NCBI GenBank assembly: GCA_049300255.1
Contig: JBAQJJ010000030.1
Location: forward strand, 24,531-88,530
Direction of reading: 5' to 3'
DNA length: 64,000 nt
Origin: Thermoplasmata archaeon
Lineage (GTDB): Archaea; Thermoplasmatota; Thermoplasmata; Lutacidiplasmatales; UBA184
Below, piece by piece: positions 37,501 to 46,322 of this stretch. The translations under genes were made by a program, and so were the position numbers. The notes below the pieces were generated by a model. That model was not told the origin of the DNA. It ran no database searches and saw only the letters and a program-made list of their open reading frames with translations. Every line of letters starts with the position of its first letter. Positions within the stretch are counted from its first letter, which is position 1.

Positions 37501-38724
37501 CTACAGAGGAAACGCCGGAAGCGTAGCCACCTTCTGCGGCTGGGTTTGCATCGTCACATCGCGCCCCACGACGAGAGTCGAGAGATACTGGACCTCCTTG
37601 ACGGTGGCGTGGTCGCCGAGTTCTACCGACTCGGCGTAGATCCGGCGCGCCGATGCTTTTTCGTCGAGCAAAACCCTCCGGCCGTAAAGGTCCTCGACCT
37701 GCCCCGACCGGCCAATCTCAATCGTGTCGGCGACCAAAGGACCGTACGCTCGGCCCTTCCGGTTGATTTGGATGCGGTGCGCCTTGAAGCCATCGTGACT
37801 TTCCAAGGCGCCTCCGATCTCTGCCTCTCCGACGATTTCGCCGCGGAGCACCCGGAGTCTGCCGCCGATCTCAACGCGATCGGCCCGGAGGAACCCCGTC
37901 GTCTCGGCCATTCCGCCCACCTCGAGCTCGCCCGACAAGACGAGATTGCCCCGAACCGCGAACTTGCCCCCGATCTTGACCGCTTTACCGGTCCCGTTCC
38001 CGTCGATGTTCCCGACGCCGCCGATCTCGAGCGTCTCAAAGGTCAGATCCTTGCGCGCATGGAAGATCCCACCGACCTCAATGTCGCCTCCGATTCCTAC
38101 CCCCCCGATCGCCGCCATGCCACCGACTTCGATGGAGCCGAACTTGAGGTCGCCCGTGGCTTCGAACTTCCCGCCGACCTCGATCGAGCGGCGCACTTCA
38201 CCGCCCTCTAGATGGATCTTGCCCCCCGCTTCGATCGTTTCGATGCTGACGAGTCCGACCTCGACACTCCCGCCCGCTTCGACGGATTCTGCCGTCAGAA
38301 GACCCCGAACGATCATCTGACCGCCGAGTTCAATGGTGCGGGCCGTCAAGGACGACTCGGCGTGGAGGGTCCCACCGACTTCGAGTGTGTCGGCCGTTGC
38401 TTCGCCTCCGAGGATCAGCGATCGATCGACGTCGACGTCGTGGCCCTGAAACTTGCCCCGAACCTCGACAACTGCTTTCTCGCCTAAGAGGCGCCGCAAC
38501 ACGATGAGTGTCCCGAGTACGCGTACGGTTCCATCTTCGGCTTCGAAGTCACCAGCCTCCATGTCGCCTCGGACTTCTACGTCACCGTGGAAGCGGGCGG
38601 TACCCGTTACGACGATTGGGGTCGACCCTTCCGGCTCAATGCGGGAGTCGCGTTCGGCTCGAAGGTCGCCCTCAATCCGTCCCACCCGGGTTTGGCCCCC
38701 GCGGGGGACGTGGACATCGCTCAT
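37501..38724 (-). CDS. bactofilin-like (polymer-forming, DUF583-type) beta-helix repeat protein
   Basis: 407 aa with about 15 short repeats centred on [IVL]-E-[VIALG]-G-G turns (LEVGG, IELGG, VEAGG, IEAGG, IEVGG x2, LEIGG, VKIGG, VEIGG, AEIGG...). Confidence 0.55.
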   Translation of the reverse strand: MSDVHVPRGGQTRVGRIEGDLRAERDSRIEPEGSTPIVVTGTARFHGDVEVRGDMEAGDFEAEDGTVRVLGTLIVLRRLLGEKAVVEVRGKFQGHDVDVDRSLILGGEATADTLEVGGTLHAESSLTARTIELGGQMIVRGLLTAESVEAGGSVEVGLVSIETIEAGGKIHLEGGEVRRSIEVGGKFEATGDLKFGSIEVGGMAAIGGVGIGGDIEVGGIFHARKDLTFETLEIGGVGNIDGNGTGKAVKIGGKFAVRGNLVLSGELEVGGMAETTGFLRADRVEIGGRLRVLRGEIVGEAEIGGALESHDGFKAHRIQINRKGRAYGPLVADTIEIGRSGQVEDLYGRRVLLDEKASARRIYAESVELGDHATVKEVQYLSTLVVGRDVTMQTQPQKVATLPAFPL

Positions 38725-38821
38725 CGCTCGGAGGATGGGGGGGCCCCTTCTAAAGGCCTAGGTCACCCCCGGTGAGTACTAGCCGTACCCCCCCCGTAAT
38801 CCATAATCTCGGCCGGTGTAG

Positions 38822-39571
38822 TTGAAACGCATGCCGGATTCCTTAGCGGCCCTCCGCGAGGAGGTGATTTCCTGTCGGCGATGTCCTCGCTTGGTTCGAT
38901 ATCGCGAACGGATTGCTTCCGACCGGAAGCGGGAATTCCGGAGTGAAACGTACTGGGGCCGGCCGGTCCCGGGGTTCGGAGACCCCAACGCCCGCCTAGT
39001 CGTCGTGGGACTCGCGCCGGCGGCCCACGGAGCGAATCGCACCGGCCGGGTGTTTACCGGCGACCGGTCCGCGAACTTCTTGGTCCGCGCCTTCTATGCG
39101 ACGGGATTCAGCAATCAGCCGAGTTCGACGCACCGGGGGGACGGGCTCCGGTATACGGATCTCTATCTCACCGCAGCCGTGCGCTGTGCCCCCCCCGATA
39201 ACCGCCCGGCGAACGAGGAACGCGACAACTGCCTGCCGTATCTCGATCGGGAGTTGCATCTGCTTTCCCAAGCACGAGCGATTCTCGCGCTCGGTGGCTT
39301 TGCTTGGGACGTTCTCCGCACGTCGGCCGAGCGCGTGTACGGGGGCCCGGTGGCACGGGTCGAATTTGCGCACGGGGCCTGCATCCCGCTTGGTCCGGGA
39401 CGGCCTCTTCTTTGGGCCTCCTATCATCCCAGCCCACAGAATACGAATACCGGCAAACTTACCTTTCCAATGTTGTCCGACCTCCTGACTCGGATCCGGT
39501 GTAGCTGGGAGCCGTCGGCGGCGGGGAACCGCGACCTCCACCATCAGTCACGCCCCGGGAGCGACAGGTGA
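38822..39571 (+). CDS. uracil-DNA glycosylase superfamily, family 4/5 (UdgB-like, Fe-S)
   Basis: N-terminal CRRCPRL Fe-S cysteines. Motif A reads GLAPAAHGANRTGRVFTGD (GLAPA rather than GEAPG, pointing to family 5). YHPSPQN motif B. Confidence 0.7.
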   Translation: MKRMPDSLAALREEVISCRRCPRLVRYRERIASDRKREFRSETYWGRPVPGFGDPNARLVVVGLAPAAHGANRTGRVFTGDRSANFLVRAFYATGFSNQPSSTHRGDGLRYTDLYLTAAVRCAPPDNRPANEERDNCLPYLDRELHLLSQARAILALGGFAWDVLRTSAERVYGGPVARVEFAHGACIPLGPGRPLLWASYHPSPQNTNTGKLTFPMLSDLLTRIRCSWEPSAAGNRDLHHQSRPGSDR

Positions 39572-41541
39572 CCGGATTTGAGTTACTCGAGCGCGATGGG
39601 TTCGCTCGAATCGGACGATTCACTACCCCTCACGGAGTTGTCGACACTCCCGCCCTTCTTCCGGTAGTCCACCCAGATCCGGCTCGCCAGCCGATTCCGC
39701 CCCGCGAGATGCGGGAGAAGTTCGGAGTTCGAGCCGTGATCACGTCGGCGTACATCACGTGGCGGACTCCTCCGCTCCGTGCGGCCGCGGAAGCGAACGG
39801 GATCCACGGAGCGATCCAGTTCGATGGATCGGTGATGACTGACTCGGGCGCCTTTCAGCAACATGCCTACGGCCGCGTCGAGGTGGGCCCGGAGGAGATT
39901 CTGGATTTTCAGAATCGCATCGGCTCGGACATCGCCACCGTGCTCGATATCTTCGGTGAGCCCACCGAGGACCACGCCCAGGCGGCGATGGGGGTGCGTA
40001 CCACCACGGAACGTGCGGAGCAGGCAAGGGCAATGCGAACGGGACTTCTGGCGGTACCTGTTCAAGGCGGCACGTTCGCCGATCTGCGAGCCGAGTCCGC
40101 TCGTTCGGCCAGTGAGCGGGGGGACGTCCTCGCCGTTGGGGGAGTCGTCCCGCTCTTGGAGCGGTACCGGTTCGCGGAACTCGCCGAAGTCTTGCTCGCT
40201 ACTCGGCCGTACCTGGGACCGGAGCGGCTCGTGCATCTGTTCGGCACGGGTCATCCTATGACGTTTGCGTTCGCCGCGCTTTTCGGTGTGGATCTCTTCG
40301 ATTCCTCGGCCTATCACAAATTCGCGCGTCGCGGCGACCTGTTGTTCCCCGAGGGAACGATCGCTCTCGAAGGTATCAAGGAGCCGATCTGTCAATGTCG
40401 ACTTTGCGCGGAGCGGCCGCTGAACGAGGTGGGCTCGCTTCCGACGGAGCTGCGCGAGGCGTGGATCGCTCGCCACAATCTTTTGACCTCGGTCGAAGAG
40501 GTAGCACGCGTTCGTCAGGCGATCCGGGAGGGCAGCCTATGGGAACTGGTCGAGCGACGCGCGGCCGCGCATCCGGCCCTCCGCGTCGGCCTCAACGCGG
40601 TCCTAGATCACGCCGACGCGTTCCTTCCGGTAGAACCTGAAAGCCGTCGGGCGTTTCGCGAGACGGGTCCGGCGAGCCTGCATCGGCCTGCGGTTCTGCG
40701 ATTCCGCCAGAAGGTGGAGGCGTGGCGCCATCAATCTCCTCTCTCCCGACGGATCTCTCGGATCCCGCTACGTCCGGACTATCTGGCGAATGTTCCTCCA
40801 CTTACAAGCTCGGGCAGGTCAATCGGCTGGGAATGCGAAACGGAGCTCGGGCCTGTTCCGCTGGAGTTCTTGGAGATGTATCCGGTCGGCCCCTATCTCG
40901 GTGTGCGAGAGTTCGAAGCACGCGACCGGATTCCGACTCCAACGGAGCTACGGCGCGCGCTAGAGGCGGAACATTCGGACCTGGCCGTCGCGCAGGACTG
41001 GAGTTCGGCATGGGACCGGCGTCAGATGCGAGGGCTCTTGGCATGGGTATACGGGCTCGAGCTGGCGGACGCGCTTCTCCATCAAGATCTCCAAGCAGTT
41101 CGGTCCCGTCGAACGGGCCGGCTTCGGGGCATCATGTTGGAGCGCGAACCCATCTTCGTCCTTGGAAACGATAGCATTCCCCGGCCGACCTGGGCGGGAG
41201 CGCGACTGGTGCAACCGCTAGTAGTCGCGCCGAACTTCCGTGTCGTCGTCAGTGATGATGGCGCACCATTTGTCGCCAGCGGACGCACGCTCTTTGCTCG
41301 ATTCGTGCAAGCCGCAGACCCGAGCCTCGTGCCGGGGTCGAGTGCGCTTTTGGTCGATCCCCACGACTCGCTGCTTGCCGTCGGTCGCCTTCTGATGGCC
41401 CCGCATGAGATGGGACAGTTCCAGCGCGGGATTGTCGCCTATGTAACGAGTCACGCGCGCCAATCGCTCGCCGTCCTCGAAGAGGAAGGAGATCCGGCGT
41501 TACGGATTCCTTCGGAGGAACGGGATCCCCACCTCCCTTGA
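39568..41541 (+). CDS. tgtA: archaeosine tRNA-guanine(15) transglycosylase with C-terminal PUA region
   Basis: TDSGAFQ, the zinc site CQCRLC and a 657-aa length with C-terminal extension domains. GTGA overlap with the preceding gene. Confidence 0.85.
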   Translation: MTGFELLERDGFARIGRFTTPHGVVDTPALLPVVHPDPARQPIPPREMREKFGVRAVITSAYITWRTPPLRAAAEANGIHGAIQFDGSVMTDSGAFQQHAYGRVEVGPEEILDFQNRIGSDIATVLDIFGEPTEDHAQAAMGVRTTTERAEQARAMRTGLLAVPVQGGTFADLRAESARSASERGDVLAVGGVVPLLERYRFAELAEVLLATRPYLGPERLVHLFGTGHPMTFAFAALFGVDLFDSSAYHKFARRGDLLFPEGTIALEGIKEPICQCRLCAERPLNEVGSLPTELREAWIARHNLLTSVEEVARVRQAIREGSLWELVERRAAAHPALRVGLNAVLDHADAFLPVEPESRRAFRETGPASLHRPAVLRFRQKVEAWRHQSPLSRRISRIPLRPDYLANVPPLTSSGRSIGWECETELGPVPLEFLEMYPVGPYLGVREFEARDRIPTPTELRRALEAEHSDLAVAQDWSSAWDRRQMRGLLAWVYGLELADALLHQDLQAVRSRRTGRLRGIMLEREPIFVLGNDSIPRPTWAGARLVQPLVVAPNFRVVVSDDGAPFVASGRTLFARFVQAADPSLVPGSSALLVDPHDSLLAVGRLLMAPHEMGQFQRGIVAYVTSHARQSLAVLEEEGDPALRIPSEERDPHLP

Positions 41542-41596
41542 ATTTTGGAAGCGTGGACTTTATGCGGACCGAGACCGTGTGAGGTTTCGTTCTGCG

Positions 41597-41845
41597 ATGG
41601 CCGAGAATGGAGTACGCACGCACACCTTCCTCCTGCTTCAGCTCGATAGCGAGGGGGCGCCGTTTTCCGAGGTCGCGGACCTTCTCGAGGATATGGGATT
41701 TCGCCCCCAGAACCAGGGCTATGATTTTGTGTACGACTGGGGCCGCGCCGCCTCAGTACGCGAGTCGCTCGAGTTCGGGGATCGGATTCAAGAAGCCCTG
41801 CGCGGAAAGCGCGTGTGCTTCCGCATCGAGTCGACGGACGAGTGA
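41597..41845 (+). CDS. small conserved hypothetical protein (paralog of 3812-4033)
   Basis: Start taken at ATG 41597. Shares DSEGA..SE[IV]AD.L...GF.P...YDFVYDW...LRG.RV.F.IE with the 3812 ORF. Confidence 0.5.
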   Translation: MAENGVRTHTFLLLQLDSEGAPFSEVADLLEDMGFRPQNQGYDFVYDWGRAASVRESLEFGDRIQEALRGKRVCFRIESTDE

Positions 41846-41914
41846 CAGGCTTACCGGCAACTGTCGCAACTCCTATCCCACCCGCCAAGTTCAGAGCGCA
41901 GGGGTGGAAGAGGC

Positions 41915-42901
41915 GTGGTCGTTCTCGGAATCGAATCGACGGCGCACACGGCGTCGGTCGGAATCGTTTCGGACACCGCGGAGATCCTCGGACTCGCGTC
42001 GGACATGTACCGTCCGGCCTCTGGAGGAATCCATCCTCGCGAAGCGGCGAATCACCATGTGGAACTCCTACCCAATCTCGTGCGCAGCGCCCTCGAAGGC
42101 GCGCATCTCAAGCCGCGGGAGATCGACGCCGTGGCGTTTGCCCAGGGTCCGGGGCTAGGCCCGTGCCTGCGGGCCGGGGCCACCGTTGCTCGAATGCTCT
42201 CCCTAGCGTGGGCCAAGCCGCTCGTCCCCGTAAATCACTGCGTAGCCCACATCGAGATTGCTCGCGTACTAAGCGGGCTCGACGATCCATTGCTGCTCTA
42301 CGCCAGTGGGGGCAACACCCAAGTGATCGCCTACGGAGGCGGCCGTTATCGGGTGCTCGGCGAGACCTTGGACGTCGGCATCGGAAATTTCCTCGATAAA
42401 CTTTGGATCGCGTTGGGAGGGACGTTTCCGGGGGGACCGGCCTTGGAGCGCGAAGCTCTCGCCGGGAGCGAACTGTGGCCGCTTCCCTACTCCGTCCACG
42501 GAATGGATGTCGCTTTTTCGGGGCTGCTCACTGCGACACTCGCGCTCGCCGCCAAGGGGGTCGCTCGGCCGGATCTCGCCTACTCGGTCGAGGTCACGGC
42601 CTATAGCATGCTCACTGAGATCACCGAACGGGCCCTTGCGCATCGTCGACGCTCCGACGTGGTGCTCGGCGGAGGAGTCGCTTGCAACGAGCGGCTTCGC
42701 ACGATGGTACGGACCATGGTAACGGATCGCGGCGGAACGATGTTCGCCCCACCGCGGTCGCTCTGCGTGGACAATGGTGCGATGATCGCTTGGACGGGCC
42801 ACCTGGCGTTCCGTTCGGGCGGTTCTTCGACCGTCGAAGCGTCTGCGGTCCAACCTCGGCAGCGCACGGACCTTGTCGCCACTCCATGGCGCGTGAGCTG
42901 A
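41915..42901 (+). CDS. kae1: tRNA N6-adenosine threonylcarbamoyltransferase Kae1 (no Bud32 fusion)
   Basis: VLGIESTAHT N-terminus, HH metal motif (AANHHVE), GGGVACNERLR and CVDNGAMIA. Confidence 0.9.
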   Translation: MVVLGIESTAHTASVGIVSDTAEILGLASDMYRPASGGIHPREAANHHVELLPNLVRSALEGAHLKPREIDAVAFAQGPGLGPCLRAGATVARMLSLAWAKPLVPVNHCVAHIEIARVLSGLDDPLLLYASGGNTQVIAYGGGRYRVLGETLDVGIGNFLDKLWIALGGTFPGGPALEREALAGSELWPLPYSVHGMDVAFSGLLTATLALAAKGVARPDLAYSVEVTAYSMLTEITERALAHRRRSDVVLGGGVACNERLRTMVRTMVTDRGGTMFAPPRSLCVDNGAMIAWTGHLAFRSGGSSTVEASAVQPRQRTDLVATPWRVS

Positions 42902-42962
42902 CCCGCTCCGTCGTTTCATTGCTCCCGGACCGTTAAGAAGAGTCAGCCGCTCCGTCGCCTTC

Positions 42963-44210
42963 GTGGAGTCAGTCGAGGTCCTGGTCGTGGGCGGGGGACC
43001 CGCCGGCTCGACGGTCGCTTACGAGTTGGCGCGCGCGGGCCACGAAGTACTGGTCATCGAAGAACACGCGCGGATCGGCTACCCGGTCCAATGCGCGGGT
43101 CTCGTCTCGCAACGCGTTCTCGATCTGGCCGGCAGCACGCGATTCGTGCTCCGTCCTGTTCACGGGGCTACGGTCCTCAGTCCGTCCCTGCAGTCCCTCA
43201 GTTTTCGAGCGCGCGATCCGCGCGCTTTCGTGATCAATCGGGCCGGTCTCGACATCTATCTTGCCGAACGAGCGAGACAAGCAGGCGCTCGGATCGAACC
43301 GCGCTGGAAATTCGAGCGTCGGGAGAGTTCCGGCTCCGATAGTGTTGAGGTCCGCCTGACGGGACCGGATGGAAACTCCCGGAGCCTCCGTGCCACCCTC
43401 GTTATCGGCGCCGACGGAGTCGCCAGCGCCGTCGCGCGAGCGTTCCGGTTGCGTCGGCCGGTCGAGATCCTCCCGGCGTTCGAAGCCGAGTTCGACGCGA
43501 GCGCGGGTGACCCCGATCAGGTCGAGGTCTATCTAGGGAACCAGATCTCGCCCGGACTGTTCGGTTGGTGGATTCCCAACGGCGCGGGGGGCGCCCGCGT
43601 CGGGGTGGCGAGCCGGGCGGATGGTACCCCGGCCCGATCGTACTATGACCGGCTCGTGCAACAGGTCGACCGACTTCACGGGACCGCGCTGCCGGCCCCA
43701 ACCGGTTTCCTAGTCTCAGGGATCCCCATCGGGACCGTTCCTCGAACGCATGACGATCGAGTCCTCCTGGTCGGCGATGCCGCAGCCCAGGTAAAGCCCC
43801 TGTCGGGCGGAGGGATCTTTACGGGAATGCGCTGCGCGCAGATCGCGGCCGAGGTAGCGCACTCGGCCCTCCGGCAGCGGAACGTTTCTCGGTCTGGATT
43901 GGCGTCGTACGAGGCTCGCTGGCGCGCCGAGTTTGGAGAAGAGTTCTCCAAGGCACTCTACCTGCGTCGACTTTTCCTGCGACTGAGCGATCGCGACCTC
44001 GAAGCGGTGTTGGACGCCCTGCGTTCGTCTGCCCTAGAAAGTACGATCGTTGCTTTCGGCGACATCGACTTCCCGACGCACGTCGCGCGCAGCGTCCTGC
44101 GTCAGTCGCCGTCGTTAATGCGACTCTTTCCGAAGGCGCTCGGCGCGTTGCGCACTTCCGGCGAATTACGCGCGCCGGACTTGGACCCCGGTCCCTTGCG
44201 AAACGCGTAG
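42963..44210 (+). CDS. geranylgeranyl reductase family flavoprotein
   Basis: VLVVGGGPAGS FAD dinucleotide motif, GADG and the LVGDAAAQVKPLSGGGI motif. Confidence 0.8.
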   Translation: MESVEVLVVGGGPAGSTVAYELARAGHEVLVIEEHARIGYPVQCAGLVSQRVLDLAGSTRFVLRPVHGATVLSPSLQSLSFRARDPRAFVINRAGLDIYLAERARQAGARIEPRWKFERRESSGSDSVEVRLTGPDGNSRSLRATLVIGADGVASAVARAFRLRRPVEILPAFEAEFDASAGDPDQVEVYLGNQISPGLFGWWIPNGAGGARVGVASRADGTPARSYYDRLVQQVDRLHGTALPAPTGFLVSGIPIGTVPRTHDDRVLLVGDAAAQVKPLSGGGIFTGMRCAQIAAEVAHSALRQRNVSRSGLASYEARWRAEFGEEFSKALYLRRLFLRLSDRDLEAVLDALRSSALESTIVAFGDIDFPTHVARSVLRQSPSLMRLFPKALGALRTSGELRAPDLDPGPLRNA

Positions 44211-44914
44211 TATCCCCCCAATCCCGCCAGCACCACCGCGATCGCGAAGATCACGTAGAGCGGTAGGACGAATTCGTTGGCCCGCACGAGAATGGCCGAT
44301 TCCGGGAGAACTCCCGAGACTCCGAGCGCGGTCAGGTTCAACGTCGCGCCCCCCCCCGGCGCTGTGGTCGCGTTCGCCCAAGCGGCGTTCGAGAAGAACC
44401 CGCGCGATTCGAGCAGATAGGGGGTGCCGTTCTCGATAAGGAAGAGCGAAATGCGAAACGCGAAATCCCCTTGCGGTGCCCCCGAGGGGGCTTGGATCGC
44501 GATCATATCCGTGACACGCGCGTTCGCGGCAAAGGGCGACGGGAGCGCGAGGGATAGGCTGGATTCCCCGTTCGAAAACGTGGGAGTCTCGCCGCCACCC
44601 GGCAGCGGGGCGGTCGCGTTCCCGGGATAGGCGTTGAAGGCGTAGATCGAGACGTTCACGACGCCGAACGTCACAGCGGCGGTCAGCGCGTTCTCGACAA
44701 CGAAGGAAATCGTCCCGCTCGTGCTCGGGGCCAGCGTCGGCGCGTTGATCTGTTGGACGAATTGGGCGCCGATGTCGATCGGAAGTGGCGGATATGAAGC
44801 TCGGGCCGCCGGCAGCGCCGCACCGGCGCTGACAACGAGCATTAGGACGAGGCTCAGGACTACCGTGCGGCTTCGCCGGATCGTTCGATCACGGAGCGGG
44901 ACCCGCACTCGCAT
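44102..44914 (-). CDS. hypothetical secreted protein with C-terminal TM anchor
   Basis: Start taken at ATG 44914. Signal/TM VVLSLVLMLVVSAGAALPAARA, NxS/T sites and C-terminal TM LPLYVIFAIAVVLAGLGGYYAF. Confidence 0.45.
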   Translation of the reverse strand: MRVRVPLRDRTIRRSRTVVLSLVLMLVVSAGAALPAARASYPPLPIDIGAQFVQQINAPTLAPSTSGTISFVVENALTAAVTFGVVNVSIYAFNAYPGNATAPLPGGGETPTFSNGESSLSLALPSPFAANARVTDMIAIQAPSGAPQGDFAFRISLFLIENGTPYLLESRGFFSNAAWANATTAPGGGATLNLTALGVSGVLPESAILVRANEFVLPLYVIFAIAVVLAGLGGYYAFRKGPGSKSGARNSPEVRNAPSAFGKSRINDGD

Positions 44915-45800
44915 CCTCCGGATAGTCGCCCGATTCGGCCATGACCACCAACCGTCGGATTCGTTCGGCGACCTCGCGCTGTCCCGCTCGACCTCCGGCC
45001 CCGAGGAGGCTCGGCACGGCACGAGATGCGGGTAGCGAGGCGGCGCGACTCGCCTTGTACAGCGCGCGCGCCAGCGCGAGCGGGCGACGGGTCACATCGA
45101 CGGCAAGGCGATCGGCTTGAAATTCTTCGTGGCGCGTGAGCGAGCGGGCCAGATAGGCGAGCACGGGGTCCCAGCGCATCATCCGCGCCAGCGTCCGGAA
45201 AAAGGTCAGATACCGGCTGTCGAGCCCCTCGATGTGGGCCAGCTCGTGCGCGATGACGGCTTCCAATTCGACGGGGCTCAAGGCGCGAAGCAGGCCACGG
45301 GATACCAGAATGATCTCTCGGCGCTCGAAGAGATGCGCGCGCGTTGGCTCCAACAAGGTGAAGGAGAACGCTTCGAGGCGACGCGATTCGATAACCAGGA
45401 GACTGATTGGCTCGACGGGCGGAGGCAGACCGCGCGGCCAAGCGATGGGACGCGAGCGATACAGGAGGAGGAATCCGCGTCCGACCACCTGATTGAGCAC
45501 GAACGCCGTCGCAAAGACCGCGAAGGCGCCGAGCGCGCCGACGATCCAGATTCCCGAGTATCGAGGCTCAAAAAAGACGGAGGGATTCTGGAGGAGACCG
45601 AGAATGGCGATCCAGTTTCCGTTCGCCAGCACCCAGACGAGAAGTGTCGTCGCCAGCAACGCCCACAGGGCTAGGAAGGCGGCGGCGAGCCTCAGGACGA
45701 TCGTGGGACGCGCGCTGCGACTGGCGTACAGGAGTCCAGTACCGGTCGCGGCCCAAACGGCGACCGGCATGTACCATAACAGCACGAGCGGCCCGATCAT
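44889..45800 (-). CDS. M48/M56 family membrane metalloprotease (BlaR1-like sensor protease, no penicillin-binding domain)
   Basis: Four N-terminal TM helices, HELAHIEGLD zinc motif and a downstream EFQAD glutamate motif. Confidence 0.7.
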   Translation of the reverse strand: MIGPLVLLWYMPVAVWAATGTGLLYASRSARPTIVLRLAAAFLALWALLATTLLVWVLANGNWIAILGLLQNPSVFFEPRYSGIWIVGALGAFAVFATAFVLNQVVGRGFLLLYRSRPIAWPRGLPPPVEPISLLVIESRRLEAFSFTLLEPTRAHLFERREIILVSRGLLRALSPVELEAVIAHELAHIEGLDSRYLTFFRTLARMMRWDPVLAYLARSLTRHEEFQADRLAVDVTRRPLALARALYKASRAASLPASRAVPSLLGAGGRAGQREVAERIRRLVVMAESGDYPEDASAGPAP

Positions 45801-45818
45801 GGAGAGTCGGTCCCCGGA

Positions 45819-46226
45819 CTACAATCCGAGCCGCCGTCGCAATTCTCGTTCTTCCGCTGGGTTCAACTTCGCGATCTCCTCGTTAAGGTGGACGACCCCT
45901 GCGGGGCCGAACATGGTGACCACGCCTTTAAGGAGATTGATGAGATACTTGTGCTCGAAATCGACGGCTCGGTACACGTACCGTTCGCCTCCCTGACACA
46001 CTTCTCGCCGCCGTCGCACGAGCCCTTTGCTCCAGAGGCGGCTGAGAATGGTCGCAACCGTCGTGTAGGCGAGCTTCGTACCGCGGGCCGCGAGCCGCTC
46101 GCGAACGGCTCGCGCCGGTGCCTCTTCCAGTTCCCGGAGCGAAAGGAGAATGTCCGACTCCAACGCACCAGGTAATCGATCCGGGGCCATCGCCAAGGAA
46201 AAGAGACGAGGCGCCGCCTTAACCAT
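45819..46226 (-). CDS. BlaI/MecI/CopY family winged-helix repressor
   Basis: LESDILLSLRELEEAPARAVRERL...AYTTVATILSRLWSKGLVRRRR pattern. Located directly upstream of the M56-like protease gene. Confidence 0.7.
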   Translation of the reverse strand: MVKAAPRLFSLAMAPDRLPGALESDILLSLRELEEAPARAVRERLAARGTKLAYTTVATILSRLWSKGLVRRRREVCQGGERYVYRAVDFEHKYLINLLKGVVTMFGPAGVVHLNEEIAKLNPAEERELRRRLGL

Positions 46227-46291
46227 GATGGCCGGAATAGAAAGGACGAGTACGAACTACTCTAACCGTCACGCGTGTCGGTCGAGCAAAC

Positions 46292-46298
46292 GTATATT
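46292..46298 (+). promoter_or_regulatory. TATA-like box (GTATATT) for the cystathionine beta-synthase gene
   Basis: Centred 28 nt upstream of the ATG at 46323, which supports that start and a leaderless transcript. Confidence 0.4.
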
Positions 46299-46322
46299 CC
46301 GTGTCCTTCATCCCGCTTCCGC

